From IMG/VR virus record IMGVR_UViG_3300032295_001971, positions 1 to 40,032 of that record: a stretch of 40,032 nt of DNA; one strand, written 5' to 3'. The stretch is from a virus. Its lineage: Duplodnaviria > Caudoviricetes. The translations under genes and the position numbers were made by a program. The notes under the pieces were generated by a model. It worked only from the letters and a program-made list of their open reading frames with translations, was not told the origin of the DNA and did not search any database. Every line of letters begins with the position of its first letter. The stretch's first letter is position 1. Shown here piece after piece: positions 35,705-40,032 of this stretch.

Positions 35705-36312
35705 TTTATATTTTCAGCACTCCATTTATTACCATCCCAAATTGAATATTTAAGTTCAAATCTATTATTAAAGAATGACCTATATTCTTTATATGGTAAA
35801 CTATCCCATTCATTATTTAAGTCTATATATTCCCAAATTCCGATTCTTTCATCTTCTCTGGGGTATTCAAAAAACACTACAATAGTTCCAATTTTACAAT
35901 TAGGTGTTACTTTATCCAAAAATAAATGTATTTTATCATCATTATGAGTATCATGTATTATACCATCAAATTTTTTATCTTTCAATGGTAATAAATCCCA
36001 CCAATCAGATTGAATAATATTAGTTTTTTTAGAAGGTTTCCACTTTTTTATTGCTCTATCAAAAATATCAGGATGAACTTCAATTATAGTATGACTTGTA
36101 ACATTTTTATTTTTTTGAACTTCGGTTGCAGATAATCCCAATCCAAATCCTATCTCTAATATATCTCCTCCGTTTTTACAAGCTAATGATGCCATTTCAC
36201 ACATCAATCCGTTTTCAGCTTTGTGCATTACAAGCTTAACGGTATCATCTTTTATTAAGATACCAATTGCTTCATCACTTTCTTTAAAAGCAAGAATTTC
36301 TTTCCCGTTCAT
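35686..36312 (-). CDS. class I SAM methyltransferase (GAMT/Rmt2-like), paralog of 25313..25942
   Basis: GGDILEIGFGL, HTIIEVHP, FDGIIHDTH, FELKY. Confidence 0.85.
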   Translation of the reverse strand: MNGKEILAFKESDEAIGILIKDDTVKLVMHKAENGLMCEMASLACKNGGDILEIGFGLGLSATEVQKNKNVTSHTIIEVHPDIFDRAIKKWKPSKKTNIIQSDWWDLLPLKDKKFDGIIHDTHNDDKIHLFLDKVTPNCKIGTIVVFFEYPREDERIGIWEYIDLNNEWDSLPYKEYRSFFNNRFELKYSIWDGNKWSAENINLDNSK

Positions 36313-36731
36313 TATTTAATGTTTTCAACATATAATTCTAATATTTCTTCACCTGCTTTTATATCAGTTAGAGCAATTCCATTGTTTGATATGTTTTCGG
36401 TATATTCGGTTTGATAGGATGAATTGCAATAAGAAATCATGTGTGATACTAAATTTAGTCCGTTGAATAATCTGATTATTTTATATCCGTTATCTTCATT
36501 TATAAAATACATGTCAAGTAATTCAAACACCGCATCGGGCAATTCTTTCATTCTATCATTTGGTATAACATATATACCACTATCGAATTCCCAAACAGGA
36601 AATAAATCTTCTCCCGCTTTTATATCTCTTATAGCAAACACACCAATACCATGTATTTTAGATACACCTAATTTTGTTTTCACATTATGGTTTAGGTGAT
36701 GTATAATATCATTCAATTGTCCAAACGCCAT
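36312..36731 (-). CDS. SET domain protein
   Basis: SKIHGIGVFAIRDIKAGE, YCNSS (NHS-like), ALTDIKAGEEILELY. Confidence 0.85.
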   Translation of the reverse strand: MAFGQLNDIIHHLNHNVKTKLGVSKIHGIGVFAIRDIKAGEDLFPVWEFDSGIYVIPNDRMKELPDAVFELLDMYFINEDNGYKIIRLFNGLNLVSHMISYCNSSYQTEYTENISNNGIALTDIKAGEEILELYVENIK

Positions 36732-36756
36732 ATTTTTTATAGTTAATTAAATAAGG

Positions 36757-36863
36757 TTGTAATGTCTGTACGGTTTGTATCTCATCCACTCCTTTATACG
36801 AGTTTCAAAAGTTTCCATTTCATTCTTAGCGTCTGTTCCGTCATTCGTTTCCGAATCATTACA
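36757..36863 (-). ncRNA. structured tRNA-like RNA, uncertain
   Basis: TGTAATG/CATTACA-ACC closing stem, ATTCG-GAAA-CGAAT hairpin, GACGGAACAGACG. Confidence 0.35.
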
Positions 36864-36866
36864 ATG

Positions 36867-36940
36867 TGGAGGATGAGGGATTCGAACCCACGACCCCCTG
36901 CGTGCAAGGCAGGTGCTCTAGCCAGCTGAGCTAATCCCCC
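36867..36940 (-). tRNA. tRNA-Ala(TGC)
   Basis: G3:U70 pair, loop CTTGCAC. Confidence 0.95.
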
Positions 36941-36954
36941 ATAATTTCAACACG

Positions 36955-37039
36955 TACCAGAGGTGGGAGTCGAACCCACACGAGCGTTTCTGCTCAACAG
37001 ATTTTAAGTCTGTCATGTCTACCATTCCATCACTCCGGC
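36955..37039 (-). tRNA. tRNA-Leu(TAA)
   Basis: Loop CTTAAAA, long variable arm. Confidence 0.93.
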
Positions 37040-37071
37040 ATCTTTTTCTATACTATTTCAATGAACGAATA

Positions 37072-37103
37072 CAAATATACAAATAAATTCTGAATTATCC
37101 TAA
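37072..37103 (-). promoter_or_regulatory. Bacteroidota-type promoter
   Basis: TTAG-N20-TATATTTG upstream of tRNA-Leu. Confidence 0.6.
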
Positions 37104-37556
37104 TTTATTTTTTCTCTCCACTCTATACATTTTTACTCTTCTAAGTTTTGTATGCCTATCCGATGGATTAATAAGAATATCAATTTTATTTTTCCAACGA
37201 TGATGCATCAAATCTCTTACTACATACTCACCATTATACTTTCCTGCGTTTGTTATTCTAACCTTCTGTCCAAATCTATACTTTCGTTTCAAATCTCTAC
37301 TAACAGCAATGATACGATGTCTCTTTGGATTAATAGGATTGATTTTAAATCCACTTGCGGTAAGTAATGGAGTTGAATCGGTTTCACCTTCTGTTATTGA
37401 ATATGTTGTTACAGTTACAATATCAGGAATTACCTCATCGATATTTACAATCTCATGCGTTTTTTCATCCATGTCTTTAGTAATTTTATTTATACTACAT
37501 TGATAAGGATAAAAAACTAGCATAAGAATAACTATTATAGTTGCTCTTTTTAACAT
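37095..37556 (-). CDS. 3D-domain (peptidoglycan-active-like) protein with N-terminal anchor
   Basis: VTTYS..ETDSTP..TASG, IAVSRDL, FGQKV, VRDLM, KIDIL. Confidence 0.8.
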   Translation of the reverse strand: MLKRATIIVILMLVFYPYQCSINKITKDMDEKTHEIVNIDEVIPDIVTVTTYSITEGETDSTPLLTASGFKINPINPKRHRIIAVSRDLKRKYRFGQKVRITNAGKYNGEYVVRDLMHHRWKNKIDILINPSDRHTKLRRVKMYRVERKNKLG

Positions 37557-37569
37557 AACTTAACTTTAG

Positions 37570-37643
37570 TGATCCGGAAAGGATTCGAACCTTTGACCCA
37601 CAGCTTAGAAGGCTGTTGCTCTATCCAACTGAGCTACCGAACC
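37570..37643 (-). tRNA. tRNA-Arg(TCT)
   Basis: Loop CTTCTAA, canonical cloverleaf. Confidence 0.95.
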
Positions 37644-37662
37644 ATGCATTAATTTGGATTCT

Positions 37663-37694
37663 TAAAGATACAAAATTTATACCATATATCCAAA
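37663..37694 (-). promoter_or_regulatory. promoter
   Basis: TTTG-N20-TATCTTTA upstream of tRNA-Arg. Confidence 0.6.
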
Positions 37695-37712
37695 TTTAAT
37701 TTAAATTATATG

Positions 37713-37785
37713 AGCGGGAGACCGGGCTCGAACCGGCCACCTATAGCTTGGAAGGCTATCGCTCTACCAAATGAGCTACTCCCGC
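37713..37785 (-). tRNA. tRNA-Gly(TCC)
   Basis: Loop CTTCCAA, U73. Confidence 0.95.
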
Positions 37786-37844
37786 AGTAGTGGATGAAAA
37801 ACATCTATCTTTCTTTCGGCTTCCCACAAAAGCCCACTTAATTG

Positions 37845-38012
37845 CTGTAAGAGATGGATTCGAACCACCACGATGCGATTCAGTAAGTAACACTTTGCCG
37901 GCCGGCTGGTGGTCTACCCCATATTACTTACCTATTTCGTTCTCACCACCCCCGAGACAGGAGGGCTTGTCTGCCAAGTCATAACTGAGATGACCAATTC
38001 CAACACCTTACA
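37845..38012 (-). ncRNA. oversized tRNA-like RNA (168 nt, GTC anticodon position)
   Basis: TGTAAGG/TCTTACA-G acceptor, canonical GGTGG-TTCGAAT-CCATC T arm, expanded D and variable arms. Confidence 0.65.
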
Positions 38013-38028
38013 ATTTAACTAATTTATG

Positions 38029-38099
38029 TTGTTCCTCTAGGATTCGAACCTAGACAAACTGCACCAAAAACAGTTGTGCTACCGTTACACCAAAGAACA
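38029..38099 (-). tRNA. tRNA-Gln(TTG)
   Basis: U1-A72, loop TTTTGGT. Confidence 0.9.
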
Positions 38100-38105
38100 A
38101 TTATG

Positions 38106-38178
38106 AGCGAAAGACCAGGCTCGAACTGGCCACCCCAACCTTGGCAAGGTTGTGCTCTACCGAATGAGCTACTTTCGC
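38106..38178 (-). tRNA. tRNA-Gly(GCC)
   Basis: Loop TTGCCAA. Confidence 0.95.
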
Positions 38179-38351
38179 AAATCGTTGTTTCAACTTGCAA
38201 GTTTACTCTTAACATCTCTTTCTCTACAACGTCTGAATTTAATCAACATTTGTAGTCCGAATGTAGCTTCTGGGTAATTACTCCAATGCTTCTATGTAAC
38301 TCTATGTGCCTTACTTTGTTACTAAGTGTGTTAAGTGTATGAAACAACTTG

Positions 38352-38425
38352 CGGACTGTACGGGACTCGAACCCGTGAACTCCACCGTGACAGGGTGGCA
38401 TGATAACCAACTTCACCAACAATCC
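38352..38425 (-). tRNA. tRNA-Asp(GTC)
   Basis: Loop CTGTCAC, G73. Confidence 0.93.
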
Positions 38426-38505
38426 GTAAAAATACTAACTCACTTAAATTGCACCATCCTAGTCACTGCTTTGGTTGACAAAGTCCTCGTTGAGTTAGTT
38501 TTCTG

Positions 38506-38578
38506 AGCCTAGTGATGGATTCGAACCTCCGACCTACTGATTACAAATCAGTTGCTCTACCAGCTGAGCTAACCAGGC
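38506..38578 (-). tRNA. tRNA-Thr(TGT)
   Basis: Loop TTTGTAA. Confidence 0.93.
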
Positions 38579-38586
38579 TTATTATG

Positions 38587-38660
38587 TACTCCGTACGGGA
38601 CTCGAACCCGTAAGCTTCCCCGTGAAAGGGGGATGTCCTAACCAATTAGACGAACGGAGC
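38587..38660 (-). tRNA. tRNA-Glu(TTC)
   Basis: Loop CTTTCAC. Confidence 0.93.
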
Positions 38661-38694
38661 GTTTAACTAAATATCTATATTTCAAAGAACCTTA

Positions 38695-38726
38695 CAAATA
38701 TACGAAACTTTTTCGATATATCCAAA
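38695..38726 (-). promoter_or_regulatory. Bacteroidota-type promoter
   Basis: TTTG-N20-TATATTTG upstream of tRNA-Glu. Confidence 0.75.
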
Positions 38727-38734
38727 TTTACTTT

Positions 38735-38822
38735 TGGCGGAGAGTATTGGATTCGAACCAATGCACCGATTGCTCGATGACAGTTTAGCAAACTGCTCCT
38801 TTAACCGCTCAGGCAACTCTCC
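38735..38822 (-). tRNA. tRNA-Ser(GCT)
   Basis: Loop TTGCTAA, long variable arm, encoded CCA. Confidence 0.93.
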
Positions 38823-38827
38823 TTTTT

Positions 38828-38902
38828 TGGGGTGTAAGGACGGTATCGAACCGTCTTATCTAGCTCCACAAACTAGCGCTTCACCTTAAAGCTTCAAACA
38901 CC
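38828..38902 (-). tRNA. tRNA-His(GTG)
   Basis: Loop TTGTGGA, G-1:C73, encoded CCA. Confidence 0.88.
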
Positions 38903-38905
38903 ATT

Positions 38906-39097
38906 TTAATTATATTCGTATTCTCTACGTTGTAACAATTCGGCCTTAGCTCTCTCATACATCTCCCAATCAATCAAACCCATCTCACACCAATCAATGT
39001 TCAACTCCATCGAACTAACTCCCAAGTGGATAGCTCTACCCTCAACGTAGTTACAATACTCATTCACACTCATACCACTCACATCTAATAGTTCCAT
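38906..39097 (-). CDS. hypothetical protein
   Basis: 63-aa ORF. Confidence 0.6.
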   Translation of the reverse strand: MELLDVSGMSVNEYCNYVEGRAIHLGVSSMELNIDWCEMGLIDWEMYERAKAELLQRREYEYN

Positions 39098-39104
39098 ATC
39101 TTTA

Positions 39105-39383
39105 TTAGTCTCTAGGATAAAATTTCAAACTCATTATAACATTATCAGGCTTTGTAGCCAATAGAGCCTCTATATGTTCATTAGCTCTTTCTCTCGCTCC
39201 GAAGTGTCCGAACTCCATCACATCGTAGAAACCAAGGGTCACCTTATAGAAGTGTTTTGGGAACTTACCATCACCATAATACACCCGATGTTCAATGTTA
39301 CTACGTTTTACATTAGGTAACTTCATCAGAGAAGTGATTCGGTTAGAGGAAGCGTTGACGGTGAAGAAATCGAAATCGTTCAT
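39105..39383 (-). CDS. hypothetical protein
   Basis: 92-aa ORF, first after a promoter. Confidence 0.65.
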   Translation of the reverse strand: MNDFDFFTVNASSNRITSLMKLPNVKRSNIEHRVYYGDGKFPKHFYKVTLGFYDVMEFGHFGARERANEHIEALLATKPDNVIMSLKFYPRD

Positions 39384-39418
39384 ATTTTAGGGGTTTAAGT
39401 TGAACTCTTATTACATAG

Positions 39419-39450
39419 TAAAGGTAAGTAAAATAAATAAGAAATACAAG
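39419..39450 (-). promoter_or_regulatory. promoter with CTATGTAATAA downstream element
   Basis: CTTG-N20-TACCTTTA-CTATGTAATAA. Confidence 0.65.
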
Positions 39451-39478
39451 CCTTTTGTAAAATATTTTTCATTTATTT

Positions 39479-39934
39479 TTACCCCTTTACTAAATGGTCA
39501 GCTGCGTATGTTGCTATTGGACCTAATGTTTTATACCTTGCTTTATATCCCATACCTTCAACCATACCAACTGCTTGTCTGAATACTTCATTTGATTTAT
39601 ATCTAGGGTCAGGGTTTAAATCGATATCAATCCACTTTGGTTTTTTAATACCAGCTTCTCCTAATGCTTCAGCCGTTTCGATAGCATACCACACTTCTTG
39701 TAATAAACGAATAGAGCGAACCCTTTCTTTTTCAGCTTTCCACCTTCTATAAAGAACGTGTGCACCTTTACCTTCACGATATAATGCAACTACAATAGCA
39801 TATATAGTATTTGCTCCATTGTTTTGGGAATCACATCCGATTAGTATATCAACGTTTTCATTTACATTCATATACTCTTTAATGTAGTCATTTAAATCTA
39901 CTTCTTCTGCTGAATACAATTTCTTATAAACCAT
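39479..39934 (-). CDS. RNase H-like YkuK family protein
   Basis: IGCDSQ, RLLQEV..AIE.A, IDIDLN, YKSN, AADHL. Confidence 0.85.
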   Translation of the reverse strand: MVYKKLYSAEEVDLNDYIKEYMNVNENVDILIGCDSQNNGANTIYAIVVALYREGKGAHVLYRRWKAEKERVRSIRLLQEVWYAIETAEALGEAGIKKPKWIDIDLNPDPRYKSNEVFRQAVGMVEGMGYKARYKTLGPIATYAADHLVKG

Positions 39935-39957
39935 AGTTTTGTTTTTTTAAAGGTTTG

Positions 39958-40032
39958 TGCCCATAGAAAGATTCGAACTTTCAATTGTACGGGTTCTAAG
40001 GCCGTTGCGTATGCCAATTCCGCCATACGGGC
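39958..40032 (-). tRNA. tRNA-Leu(TAG) with short variable region
   Basis: GCCCGTA acceptor, GGCGGAATTGGCATACGC D arm, loop CTTAGAA, A73. Confidence 0.85.

Noticed and set aside
37845-38012. tmRNA, tRNA-Sec or group I intron-containing tRNA
   Set aside because: Too short for tmRNA or a group I intron, no G3:U70 alanine acceptor, no TCA anticodon, and the insertions are not in the anticodon loop
37790-38506. ORFs 37790..37984, 38024..38215 and 38306..38506
   Set aside because: They overlap tRNA or tRNA-like genes and are probably spurious
2257-39582. Plus-strand ORFs in the track (e.g. 8080..8562, 11467..11904, 23620..23949)
   Set aside because: They are antisense shadows of minus-strand genes or RNAs with no recognisable motifs
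1-40032. CRISPR array, IS element, integrase, rRNA or virion structural genes
   Set aside because: No regularly spaced repeats or recognisable motifs seen; the dispersed repeats are promoters

Overview
AT-rich, gene-dense segment with essentially all real genes on the minus strand. It looks like a large (jumbo-type) phage of a Bacteroidota host: 14 promoters match the Bacteroidota -33/-7 architecture with a fixed 20-nt spacer, no Shine-Dalgarno motifs are evident, and there is a tRNA cluster, an ATP-dependent ligase and many small orphan ORFs. Bases 1-660 are a non-coding control region with DnaA boxes and 10-bp-periodic MraZ-like GTGG repeats. Bases 665-15.2k hold small hypothetical genes plus folE, a cytidylyltransferase, TerC, a B12-type radical SAM enzyme, an SPFH protein and the ligase. 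Bases 15.2-27.0k are a tightly coupled tailoring-enzyme cluster (radical SAM, 2 sulfotransferase-like, 2 SGNH-like, 6 intact plus 1 degenerate 2OG-Fe(II) oxygenases, a flavin-dependent halogenase and a methyltransferase). It surrounds a 499-aa protein that reads as circularly permuted ATP-grasp + Hint domain + 31-aa, 8-Cys tail. Nearly every soluble cluster protein ends in the same C-terminal tag (K-x-[S/T/K/E/N]-[L/I/M]-[I/L/F]-COOH), suggesting an undescribed tag-addressed peptide-modification system. Bases 34.7-40.0k carry 14 tRNAs and three oversized tRNA-like RNAs. All calls are by-eye motif recognition; no searches were run.
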